Positions 44,362 through 53,126 of a stretch of DNA of 64,000 nt are shown one piece after another. The notes beneath the pieces were generated by a model. It did no database searches. It was not told the origin of the DNA and saw only the letters and a program-made list of their open reading frames with translations. Where the stretch lies: the NCBI GenBank assembly GCA_964410125.1, contig CAYPGQ010000012.1, positions 69-64,068 on the forward strand. Direction: 5' to 3'. Each line of letters opens with the position of its first letter. Within the stretch, counting starts at the first letter, position 1. Both the position numbers and the translations under genes were made by a program. The stretch is from an uncultured Eubacteriales bacterium (GTDB lineage: Bacteria; Acidobacteriota; Aminicenantia; Aminicenantales; Aminicenantaceae).

Positions 44362-46332
44362 ATGATAACGGAGAAAAGATTCTTACCGAAAAGAAAAAAT
44401 GCAAAAGGATCGACCATGAAAAACAAAAAAGCTTCTCATCCTGAAACACTCAAAAGATTCGGTACCAAAATCATCGATGATGTTTTTTCTGATGAAATAT
44501 CCATTTTTAAACCCAAGTTTGAGGTGGACTATGAAGCCTACCTCGAACGCCTCTGGAAGGCCAACCCGGAGATTTGCACTATCCTCAAAACAGCATCTGA
44601 CCTGGAATCCGCAAGGGATGGCTTGTACACATATTTGGAAAAAGCGGAGCGGAAAATCTTCGATGTGGATAACGACCTTCATATCCTGGAAAAAGCCACG
44701 GTTCGTGAGGGAATCCGTGTTTTTAAAAGCATCATCGGGCCTGTCAATGAATACCGTACCGGAGTTTCCGCCCTAGAAATTCTGTGGAGGCTTGCTCAGG
44801 ACAAACAGGAGGAATTGGACACAGAAATATCTGTGGGCTTTTTGATGGAATTCATCAACCTGTTTCGCAGTGTGATCGGCAAATCCAATATCTATCTTGA
44901 GAACAATGAGGTCAAAAAACACATACCGGATTTCCTGAAAATGGAAGGACTCGAGGCGTCTCGAGCGAGAAGCGGCATCCTGGATAATTTTGGATCCACC
45001 GTGAGAAAGTATTTCAAAAAGTTTCCCTCGGGACTCGAGGAAGAGGTGGTGACATGGAGAAAGGAGAATAAGGCGAGGATTTTGCGCTACTTTGGGGGGA
45101 GCAATCAGGATTGGAACGATTACAAATGGCAGTTGAAAAATGTTATCAGCGATTCGAAACCGCTTTTGGACCTGATCGAACTGACCAACGATCAAAAAAC
45201 ATCCATCGAGAAGGCCAAAAAAAACAAAATTCCTTTTGGAATCACGCCGTATTATCTCAGCTTGATGGATTCGAATATTTCCATCGGATACGATCACGCC
45301 GTACGAGCCCAGGTGATCCCTCCCAAGGAGTATGTGGACACCATGTCGCAGCACAAGAAAGATCGGAACATCCTATTCGATTTCATGGGCGAACATGACA
45401 CGTCTCCCGTAGATTTGATAACACGCCGCTACCCGTTTATAGCGATTTTAAAACCTTTTAACACCTGCTCCCAAATTTGCATTTACTGCCAGCGAAATTG
45501 GGAGATCGAACGGGTTCTGGACCCCAAGGCTCTGGCTTCTAAAGAGAAGATCGAAGAAGCGCTCGCTTGGTTGGATGAGCACAAAAGCATCGGCGATGTT
45601 CTTGTCACCGGCGGAGACCCGATAGTGATGAAAGACAGCCAGATCGAAAGGATACTGGATGTGCTGGCCCAAAAAAAACATATCTATCGGATTCGATTGG
45701 GAACACGCACCCCTGTGGTGTTACCGATGCGATGGACAGAAAATCTGCTCAGACTTGTTTCCAAATATCACAAACCTCCAAAGCTGGAAATAGCCGTGGT
45801 GATCCATTTTGAGCACTCCTATGAAATCACACCGGAATCGCTCAAAACCATCCAAGACATAAGAAAACTGGGAATAAGCGTCTACAACCAGGTTGTCTAC
45901 ACGATCGAAAACTCCAGGCGTTTTGAACTGGCAAAACTTCGTTGGGACCTGAAATCTATCGGTGTCGATCCGTACTACACGTTTAACATGAAAGGGAAAG
46001 AGGAGACCAAGCGGTACATGGTTCCGATCGCGAGGATTTTGCAAGAACGGAAGGAAGAAGCCCGTTTGCTGCCGGGTCTTGATCGAACCGATGAGCCGGT
46101 CTTTAACGTTCCCAAACTGGGAAAGAACCATCTTCGAGCCTGGCAGGACCATCGCCTGGTTATGATACTGCCGAACGGATCCCGCGTTTATGAATTTCAT
46201 CCATGGGAAAAAAATATCACACCTATTCCCCCCTATAACTATATCGATGTCCCGATTTATGAATACCTGGAAGAGCTGGCTGCCCGGGGTGAAAACATAA
46301 GGGATTACCGGACAATCTGGTATTATTACTAA
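44362..46332 (+). CDS. KamA-family (lysine 2,3-aminomutase-like) radical SAM protein with N-terminal extension of about 240 aa
   Basis: 656 aa. The CxxxCxxC cluster is CSQICIYCQRNW (Cys 369/373/376). KamA-type N-terminal landmarks WNDYKWQLKNVI and GITPYYLSLMD appear only from residue about 250. An alternative ATG is at 44416. Confidence 0.8.
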   Translation: MITEKRFLPKRKNAKGSTMKNKKASHPETLKRFGTKIIDDVFSDEISIFKPKFEVDYEAYLERLWKANPEICTILKTASDLESARDGLYTYLEKAERKIFDVDNDLHILEKATVREGIRVFKSIIGPVNEYRTGVSALEILWRLAQDKQEELDTEISVGFLMEFINLFRSVIGKSNIYLENNEVKKHIPDFLKMEGLEASRARSGILDNFGSTVRKYFKKFPSGLEEEVVTWRKENKARILRYFGGSNQDWNDYKWQLKNVISDSKPLLDLIELTNDQKTSIEKAKKNKIPFGITPYYLSLMDSNISIGYDHAVRAQVIPPKEYVDTMSQHKKDRNILFDFMGEHDTSPVDLITRRYPFIAILKPFNTCSQICIYCQRNWEIERVLDPKALASKEKIEEALAWLDEHKSIGDVLVTGGDPIVMKDSQIERILDVLAQKKHIYRIRLGTRTPVVLPMRWTENLLRLVSKYHKPPKLEIAVVIHFEHSYEITPESLKTIQDIRKLGISVYNQVVYTIENSRRFELAKLRWDLKSIGVDPYYTFNMKGKEETKRYMVPIARILQERKEEARLLPGLDRTDEPVFNVPKLGKNHLRAWQDHRLVMILPNGSRVYEFHPWEKNITPIPPYNYIDVPIYEYLEELAARGENIRDYRTIWYYY

Positions 46333-46353
46333 GATTTTTTTCAAGATAAAAGG

Positions 46354-47850
46354 ATGGGAATCGTGAAAACAACAGGCTTTAAAAAACTTATCATTTTCGG
46401 AACAGCAATAACATTCATTTTTGTATTTTTCAGTTGTAATAAGCCTCAAGAACAACCGGCTGAGGATATCATCAAAGGCAATCTTGGCATTGATCTGCAA
46501 ACAAAGTTGGAGTCATTTATTAACGAAGTCATCGAGGCGTATGACCTGCCGGGTCTGGCCATAGGCATTGTCAAAGATAATGAGATCGCTTATGCCAAGG
46601 GATTCGGATTCAAGAACATCGAAACGCGTGATCCCATAACCACAACAACATTGTTCCATATGGCATCGATTTCCAAGCCCTTTGTGGCCACAGCCATTAT
46701 GCAGTTGGTCGAAAAAGGGAAAATCGACCTTAATGCTCCCGTCATCACTTATTTGCCATATTTCAAACTGGATGGTGAGCAATACAAAGAGATCACCATA
46801 CAACAGATGTTGAGTCATGTCTCAGGCATGCCGGATGTCCAAGATTATGAGTGGGATAAGCCGCAGTATGACCCGGGGGCATTAGAACGGTATGTGCGCA
46901 GCCTGATAGGTGAAAAAATGATAGGTAAACCGGGCGAAAGATTTGCCTACAGCAACATGGCGTTTGAATGTTTAGGAGATGTGATTGGCAAGGTATCCGG
47001 AATGCCGTTTGCAGATTATGTGAAAAAATATATCCTTGATCCGAGCGGGATGAAAGAAAGCACATTCCTCAAAGCGGTAGGGCTAGCTGAAAATTGGGCC
47101 TCGCCGCATTTGAGTACCGTCAAAACTCTGGTGTGGAACGGATACCCGTACAACCGCATGCACGGTCCCAGTTCAACCCTTCATTCCAATGCTGTTGAAA
47201 TGTGTTCATGGGCAATCATCAATATGAACCACGGGACATACAAAGGGCAAAAAATCCTGGATTCTTCAAGTTATGAAGAACTCTGGACACAAAAAGCTCA
47301 GATCGGGTCAAAAGGCAGGAGCAAATCTGTGGGATTGAGCTGGTTTATAGGGGAATACAAAGGGGAAAAAACTGTCAGTCACGGAGGAGGTGATGTTGGT
47401 TTTAACACCACTTTTATCATGCTCCCGGAAAAAAACATCGCGGTGGTTGTGTTGTGTAATTTCATTCCGGCTCCGGTGGAGAAGGTATCATTGGCGGCGC
47501 TGGATGTTGTTCTCGGCTACGAGCCTCAAGAATTGGATCTGCCGGCCAGTGTTCGTGTGCTTAAAAGACTGGCTGATGAAGGCGTAGAGGCAGCGGTTGG
47601 AGAGTGGAATACCTTAAAGCAGGACTTTCCGGAAAAATATGACTTTAGTGAACAGCAGTTTTTCAATCCGGCCGGCATGGCGGTTGAACTGGATAGAGTC
47701 GAAGATGCAAAAAATATCATGAAGCTTTGTTTGGAATTACTTTCAGAAACCTCGCTGAATTATGCGTCTGATTATGTGAAACGTTATTTGAAAACTCATC
47801 CGGAGAATAAAGCTGCTGCTGCGATGCTCGAAATATTCAATAACAGATGA
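46354..47850 (+). CDS. Serine hydrolase of the beta-lactamase / PBP4* family, lipoprotein
   Basis: Lipobox-like FVFFSC. The motifs are SxxK (ASISKPF), YxN (FAYSNMAF) and HGG (VSHGGGDVGF). Confidence 0.8.
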   Translation: MGIVKTTGFKKLIIFGTAITFIFVFFSCNKPQEQPAEDIIKGNLGIDLQTKLESFINEVIEAYDLPGLAIGIVKDNEIAYAKGFGFKNIETRDPITTTTLFHMASISKPFVATAIMQLVEKGKIDLNAPVITYLPYFKLDGEQYKEITIQQMLSHVSGMPDVQDYEWDKPQYDPGALERYVRSLIGEKMIGKPGERFAYSNMAFECLGDVIGKVSGMPFADYVKKYILDPSGMKESTFLKAVGLAENWASPHLSTVKTLVWNGYPYNRMHGPSSTLHSNAVEMCSWAIINMNHGTYKGQKILDSSSYEELWTQKAQIGSKGRSKSVGLSWFIGEYKGEKTVSHGGGDVGFNTTFIMLPEKNIAVVVLCNFIPAPVEKVSLAALDVVLGYEPQELDLPASVRVLKRLADEGVEAAVGEWNTLKQDFPEKYDFSEQQFFNPAGMAVELDRVEDAKNIMKLCLELLSETSLNYASDYVKRYLKTHPENKAAAAMLEIFNNR

Positions 47851-47885
47851 GGATAAAAACCGGGATCTCGCAATGACAGATAAAA

Positions 47886-48485
47886 TTGATTATAATGACG
47901 GTGATGACGGATGAACAGATCGTCCAGCTGCTGAGAGAGGGGCAGGCAGCTGCCGCTGAAGAATTGTACAAAAAGCATGCCAAAAGCCTTTATGTGTATC
48001 TATCCCATGTATTGAATGTCCCGAATCCTGAGGATATGGTCCACGATATTTTCATCCGGGTAATCGAAAAGGCCCATCAATTCAATCCCAAAAAAGCATC
48101 TTTCCGGACCTGGCTGTTCCGGATTGCCCACAATCACGCGATCAATCTTTTCCGACGCCAAAAGTTGGTGAAGTTTCAGTCTCTCGAACAAAACATAGGC
48201 CAGGATGATGGTGGGAAGGAGCTTCATTTAGGAGATACCCTGGCGGATGAATCGCAAAATATGGACAAATCCTCGCTGGCACTCGCTGTCCGGGAGTGCA
48301 TCGGTAAACTAAAAAAAGAGACAGAGAGACAGGCCATCCTAATGTACTACATTTTTGGAAAAAACTACGAGGAGATAAGCGATGTTTTCGGCAAATCCAT
48401 CAGTGCCGTGCGGAAGTATGTGGTGTTGGCCGGGGAAAAAGTCAGGAATTGCCTCGAGGCCAAAGGAATCGGGGCTTTTGGATGA
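47886..48485 (+). CDS. ECF-type sigma-70 family sigma factor
   Basis: Region 2 is DMVHDIFIRVIEKAHQF...FRTWLFRIAHNHAINLFRR. Region 4 is YEEISDVFGKSISAVRKYVVLAGEKV. The track start is TTG 47886, and in-frame ATGs at 47895 and 47904 are equally possible. Confidence 0.85.
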   Translation: MIIMTVMTDEQIVQLLREGQAAAAEELYKKHAKSLYVYLSHVLNVPNPEDMVHDIFIRVIEKAHQFNPKKASFRTWLFRIAHNHAINLFRRQKLVKFQSLEQNIGQDDGGKELHLGDTLADESQNMDKSSLALAVRECIGKLKKETERQAILMYYIFGKNYEEISDVFGKSISAVRKYVVLAGEKVRNCLEAKGIGAFG

Positions 48486-48543
48486 ATTTGGGATGTAAAA
48501 ATCGGTCCTTAAAACGTATATAGGACTGGAAGCGAGAGATACG

Positions 48544-49626
48544 ATGGACAAGAAAAAGTTCGACAAGATCATGGATGAATGGGCAGCTCATGAGATGGAA
48601 GCTGCGCCTGATCTCAAGCCGAGTCCAGAAGTCTATCAAAAGCTCGAAGAAAAAAAGAAAAAACCACGATTTGTCTTGTTCTCCTGGCCAGTTCGCTTGG
48701 CGGCTGCCGGGATAGCGGCTGCCCTCATCATCCTGGTGATAGTCCTGCAACCGCCTAAGGAAGTGGGTCCGTTTGTGGGTTTGCGGAAAGGGGCTGTCAC
48801 AGATATGGCGGAAAAGGAGGAGGTTGAGGACAGGATGCAGGTTCTCGGTGAAGCGGAGGCAGAAGAACAGGTAGAAAAAGTTGGAAAAGCAGAAAGAGCC
48901 AAGATTCAGGAGAAAGTCAAGGTAGGGCAAAAAGAAGAGGGAATAGAAAAAACAGAATATGAAGAGCCGCCGGCAAAGATAAAGACTGTAGAAAAGATGG
49001 AGAAAGCCAAGGAAGTGGATAAAGAAGCCTTTGTTCAATCTAAAGAAGTTGCAGCTAGACCAAGGATGGAACTGAAAGCGGTGAAGAAAGATGTTGCGAG
49101 CGAAGTAAAAAGGAGTCAGATTACCGCTGCTGTTCCTGCTGCTGCTGTTATTCCTGAACGAATGGAGTTTCAGTATCAGCCAAAAGGATCGGAATCCATT
49201 GAAGGGTTGGATATCAGCTTGCCCCAGGATGAAACCATTTCTCTTTCTTCAGAGGATAATTACCGCTTGATATTACAGCTTCCTGAGGAGCGTTATATCT
49301 ATGTGTATCAAGTCGGAGCCGATAAACAGCTCGTTCGACTTTTCCCGAACACGGAATACAATCCGGCACAGAATCCTCTCCAAGCTGGGAAGACGATTTT
49401 TATTCCCTTACCTCCCAACTGGTTTTATGTAGAAAAAGATACAGGAGAATTGCTCATTTATGTGGTAACATCTGCCGAACCTCTCCAAAACTGGGATGAT
49501 ATATATGCAAAGATTGCTACGGGATTGCTGGATCAGATAGAGAAAGAAAAAAGGAAACCAGAAGATCAGGTTTCGGTTCGGGTGTTTAAGTTTAGCGTTC
49601 GTGGATCAGATCGGATCCATCACTGA
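48544..49626 (+). CDS. Single-pass membrane protein, putative anti-sigma partner, with K/E-rich linker and DUF4384-like C-terminal domain
   Basis: It sits directly after the ECF sigma gene and has one TM segment (LAAAGIAAALIILVIVL). A long EK-rich low-complexity stretch follows. The C-terminal YRLILQLPEERYIYVYQVGADKQLVRLFPN resembles the DUF4384 pattern. Confidence 0.7.
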   Translation: MDKKKFDKIMDEWAAHEMEAAPDLKPSPEVYQKLEEKKKKPRFVLFSWPVRLAAAGIAAALIILVIVLQPPKEVGPFVGLRKGAVTDMAEKEEVEDRMQVLGEAEAEEQVEKVGKAERAKIQEKVKVGQKEEGIEKTEYEEPPAKIKTVEKMEKAKEVDKEAFVQSKEVAARPRMELKAVKKDVASEVKRSQITAAVPAAAVIPERMEFQYQPKGSESIEGLDISLPQDETISLSSEDNYRLILQLPEERYIYVYQVGADKQLVRLFPNTEYNPAQNPLQAGKTIFIPLPPNWFYVEKDTGELLIYVVTSAEPLQNWDDIYAKIATGLLDQIEKEKRKPEDQVSVRVFKFSVRGSDRIHH

Positions 49627-49672
49627 TGGAGAATGTCAGAATAATCCTTTCATAAAATGTTTTTCCTTAAAA

Positions 49673-49706
49673 GTGTGCAAAATCGAGGCACACGTTTGTA
49701 TGTTTC
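49673..49706 (+). terminator. Rho-independent terminator candidate
   Basis: GTGTGC (49673-49678), a 9-nt loop, then GCACAC (49688-49693). A T-rich tail GTTTGTATGTTT follows. Confidence 0.4.
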
Positions 49707-49753
49707 AGTAGGGATCATGAAGAAAACAGAAAAAATCCATCGTTGAGGAAAAA

Positions 49754-51940
49754 ATGAAAAGAAAACTTCTATTGGTTTCTGGCTTAATAATTCTCTTGTT
49801 CGGGAGTGGCTACAGTCTTGATACATTGCCTGAGTTTTCATCCCCATACAAGACCGAAGATGGAAGAGAGATTGTGGTTATCTTGAGTGGAGATAGTAAC
49901 CACAGGCTCATTACCGTCACAGTCGAAAATGGGAAACAACTGAATTATGAGCAGAGACAATGGGGAAAAGGACGTCAGCTTTATGTCGATGCAGAGGATT
50001 TTCCGACGTTGGCTAAAACAGGGCTTCATTCAGATGTGGAACTGGAGCGGATAAAAATGATCACAGGGCGATCGATCGTTGAGATTACTGAATTAGGGCG
50101 GCCGGGAAGATTGTCTGGTGCAGGCTTTATGGCAGCTGATGAGGATATCATTTCCGTCCTCGGCGGAGACAATCGGTTGGTAAAAAAATTGGGATTGATC
50201 CATCCTCAGATGGCGAGGCCATTGTATCATGTTTGGAATATGATCCTTAGGGATTATGAGTTGAAAAGATCGGGAAGATTCTGGGAGCAATGTATTCTTT
50301 ATAATGAAAAAAAAGTTTTCATAAAAGCGGAGGGCAGCAAGGGATGGCAGGAGTCCCTGTTTCAAGATGAGATTATGGGAATGTATCAGATGAAGATGTG
50401 GAGGGAATTGGAGCCGGAAGAAAAGGCATTTCTATCTGATAAATATTCGGATCTGGGCGAAGTTCGAATGAAGGAGCTGCAAAAAAAGCTTTCCCACATT
50501 AACACCGGGGAGATGGTGCCATATTACATCATGCGTTATGGATTTTATGAGGGTCACATAGATTACCGGGCGGATCCGATTGCCATTTCCTTTGTCTTTG
50601 GATTTAAGAGCATTCAGGAAATCGAAGCGTCCTTTCCAGGAAAACTCTATGAGGCACTCACAGATCATCATACGAGAGAAAATGTTGACACGGCATTCAC
50701 ATTAGAGCAGTTGCAGGAGGATTTCCAGCAGATGCGGCGTGCCATGGAAGGTATGCACCCGGTCATGTACGATTACATGTCCAGGGAAAAATTTGATGTC
50801 TTGTTCAATCAGCGATTCAAGGAATTGAACAGTTCTATGGGGCTGGAAGATGCTTTTCGTGTGTTTGCTTCTCTGATGGCCCAGATGGGGTGCATGCATT
50901 CAAACGTTTGGATGCCTTCGGGATATTGGAATAATCTGTCCGGAAAGCTTTTTCCGATTAAGATGAGATTTATCGGCGAAGATGCCTATGCCTACCGTTC
51001 TTATAGTGAAACCGATTCGCTGCCCACAGGGGCAAAGATTTTATCCATCAACGGAAAACCGATGGAAGAAATTTTGCGGAATGTTAAAACGGTGATATCG
51101 GCCGATGCCAGTTCGGATCAATACAAGAAATTCCGTCTCGGTTTTCGTTTCCCGTTGATTTATTCGCTTTTTTACGGGCATCCGGATTCATTCGCGGTGG
51201 TTTATCAAGAACCGGGAGAAGGAACAGATCGAGATGCCGTGATACAACCGGTGCCGATCCTGAGGATCTGGAAAAATATGATAGAGCCGAGAGATCTGAA
51301 TCTAGATATTCGGAAAGATATAAGCACAGCCGTCATGACCATCCCGCATTTTGTCTATTACAACGATCACGACAAGTTTTATGGATTTATGGATGGATCC
51401 TTCGAGGAGATCGAAAAAAAAGGGATCAAAAATCTGATTATTGACCTGAGGAGAAATAACGGCGGCGATCCTTTTTGTGCGGCCCGTCTTTTTGCCCACA
51501 TTGCTCATGAGCCAGTGCCCTATTTTTCCAAGGCTTATGGGAGGTATGCCCGTTTGGCAGAGTCAGTCCCTTTGAGAGAAAAACATTTCAAAGGAAAACT
51601 GTATGTTCTGATCGATGGGGGAGGGGCTTCTACGACAGGGCATCTGCTGGGACTTTTGAAATATCACAAAATCGGGACGCTCGTCGGAGAAGAGACCGGA
51701 GCCACCTATGTCTGTCATGATGCCAAGAATTCTTTTTTATTGAAGCACTCCCGTTTTCAGGTTTCGGTGGCCACAGGAACCTTTGCCTCTGCAGTCCAGG
51801 GATTACCACAGGACCGCGGGATCCTGCCTGATATTCCTGTTTCCCCGACACCCCAAGACATGGCCGCCGGCATAGACACCATCCTCGAACACACCTTGTC
51901 ATTAATTCGGGGACAGGATACTCTTTCACTAATTAATTAG
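49754..51940 (+). CDS. Exported protein with unknown N-terminal domain of about 330 aa and C-terminal S41 (tail-specific protease-like) peptidase domain
   Basis: 728 aa with a signal peptide. The S41-type motifs are NLIIDLRRNNGGD and LYVLIDGGGASTTGH. The last 11 codons (RGQDTLSLIN) are encoded by the left arm of palindrome copy D. Confidence 0.75.
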   Translation: MKRKLLLVSGLIILLFGSGYSLDTLPEFSSPYKTEDGREIVVILSGDSNHRLITVTVENGKQLNYEQRQWGKGRQLYVDAEDFPTLAKTGLHSDVELERIKMITGRSIVEITELGRPGRLSGAGFMAADEDIISVLGGDNRLVKKLGLIHPQMARPLYHVWNMILRDYELKRSGRFWEQCILYNEKKVFIKAEGSKGWQESLFQDEIMGMYQMKMWRELEPEEKAFLSDKYSDLGEVRMKELQKKLSHINTGEMVPYYIMRYGFYEGHIDYRADPIAISFVFGFKSIQEIEASFPGKLYEALTDHHTRENVDTAFTLEQLQEDFQQMRRAMEGMHPVMYDYMSREKFDVLFNQRFKELNSSMGLEDAFRVFASLMAQMGCMHSNVWMPSGYWNNLSGKLFPIKMRFIGEDAYAYRSYSETDSLPTGAKILSINGKPMEEILRNVKTVISADASSDQYKKFRLGFRFPLIYSLFYGHPDSFAVVYQEPGEGTDRDAVIQPVPILRIWKNMIEPRDLNLDIRKDISTAVMTIPHFVYYNDHDKFYGFMDGSFEEIEKKGIKNLIIDLRRNNGGDPFCAARLFAHIAHEPVPYFSKAYGRYARLAESVPLREKHFKGKLYVLIDGGGASTTGHLLGLLKYHKIGTLVGEETGATYVCHDAKNSFLLKHSRFQVSVATGTFASAVQGLPQDRGILPDIPVSPTPQDMAAGIDTILEHTLSLIRGQDTLSLIN

Positions 51941-52005
51941 CGAGTGGATAGGACTCTATTCTAGGGTGACATAGAATTTAATTGGTGAAAGAGTATCCTG
52001 TCCCC
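51909..52005. repeat. Long palindromic intergenic element, copy D (compensated variant)
   Basis: GGGGACAGGATACTCTTTCAC (51909-51929) is the exact reverse complement of GTGAAAGAGTATCCTGTCCCC (51985-52005). Relative to copies A-C, the left arm has C>T and the right arm has the matching G>A. Confidence 0.9.
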
Positions 52006-52069
52006 AATTAAAAAATGGAATATTGGGGGGTTTTGGTTGTCTTTAATCTATAGAGGATGAAAAACACGA

Positions 52070-52621
52070 GTGGAAATTCTAGCCGGAATTGATATGATTG
52101 GGTACACAGCCGTGAAAGAAAAAAAATCCCAGGTTTTTGAAGAGTTGATGACATACCAGAAAAGGGTGTTCTTGATTTGCCTGGGTTTCTCGCGGAATGC
52201 ATCGGATGCTCAAGACCTAGCCCAAGATGTTTATCTCAAAGCCTACAAAAACATCGGAACTTTAAGTGAACTTTCGCGTGCGAAGTTTTGGCTTTTCAGG
52301 ATAGCCAGAAATACCTGCCTGAATTTCCAAAAAAAACATCGGCTCGATCGCATTTCTACTTTTGAGATAACACAAAAGATAAAAGATCCCCAGGCTCCCG
52401 AATCTGAAATGATCCATCAAGAACAACTCCACCTGTTAAAAGGGGCCATTCAAAAGTTGCCGAAAAAGCAACGAGATGTGTTTGTTCTGAAGGAATATGG
52501 CGACCTTTCCTACCAGGAGATAGCCGAAACCTTAAATATTGAGCTGGGGACCGTGATGTCGAGATTGAATCGAGCGCGTCAAGCAATAAAAGAACAAATC
52601 AAGGGAGACAATAATGTCTGA
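52070..52621 (+). CDS. ECF-type sigma-70 family sigma factor
   Basis: Region 2 is AQDLAQDVYLKAYKNIGTL...FWLFRIARNTCLNFQKK. Region 4 is YQEIAETLNIELGTVMSRLNRARQAI. The start is either GTG 52070 or ATG 52094. Confidence 0.85.
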   Translation: MEILAGIDMIGYTAVKEKKSQVFEELMTYQKRVFLICLGFSRNASDAQDLAQDVYLKAYKNIGTLSELSRAKFWLFRIARNTCLNFQKKHRLDRISTFEITQKIKDPQAPESEMIHQEQLHLLKGAIQKLPKKQRDVFVLKEYGDLSYQEIAETLNIELGTVMSRLNRARQAIKEQIKGDNNV

Positions 52622-53108
52622 ATATATTGATCTCATTCAGAAGGAAAAGGAAGAGGCTCTTCGGGATTATCGAGGAGACTCTTTCCGTTTGTGCCTGAAT
52701 AAAAAAATAGCCGAAGATTCAAAACCATCCCGTTCGTATGTACAATGGTTCCGTAAGCCAGTTTTTGCCGGGAGTACAATTCTCTTTATTATCTTCCTCG
52801 GGTGGCTATCCACGAAATATTTTCTCCCTTCCTCTAAAGTGCCAGAATCCGTGCGCATCAAAAACACTTTTGTGCAGTTGTTCAGCCAGCATGAAACCAT
52901 CCTGAATCAAAGCCCTCTTCAAGTTGAGCTAGATGCCGAAAAATCCGCCATTTATGAGTTTGAATGGTCGCTCAAACGCGTGATCTTCTCCATCCAAAGG
53001 GAAAATGCTCCAGGTGAAGATATCGTTCAGAACTTAAGCAAAGTCTTGCAAAATTCGGCTGTACTCCTAAAGGCCGAAAATAGTAAATCTGGAGAATTGA
53101 ATATTTAA
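52614..53108 (+). CDS. Putative anti-sigma factor (single-pass membrane protein)
   Basis: Its start overlaps the sigma gene end by 8 nt (ATGTCTGA). It has one TM segment (VFAGSTILFIIFLGWL). I see no zf-HC2 motif. Confidence 0.6.
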   Translation: MSEYIDLIQKEKEEALRDYRGDSFRLCLNKKIAEDSKPSRSYVQWFRKPVFAGSTILFIIFLGWLSTKYFLPSSKVPESVRIKNTFVQLFSQHETILNQSPLQVELDAEKSAIYEFEWSLKRVIFSIQRENAPGEDIVQNLSKVLQNSAVLLKAENSKSGELNI

Positions 53109-53126
53109 AACTGAAGGAGGTCTCAA

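Noticed and set aside
12112-52005. Could the recurring palindromes be a CRISPR array or an IS/MITE?
   Set aside because: The copies are 6-20 kb apart rather than regularly spaced by about 30-40 nt. They are not direct repeats, and no cas genes are present, so this is not CRISPR. I saw no transposase and no clear target-site duplications, so I call them generic palindromic repeats rather than mobile elements.
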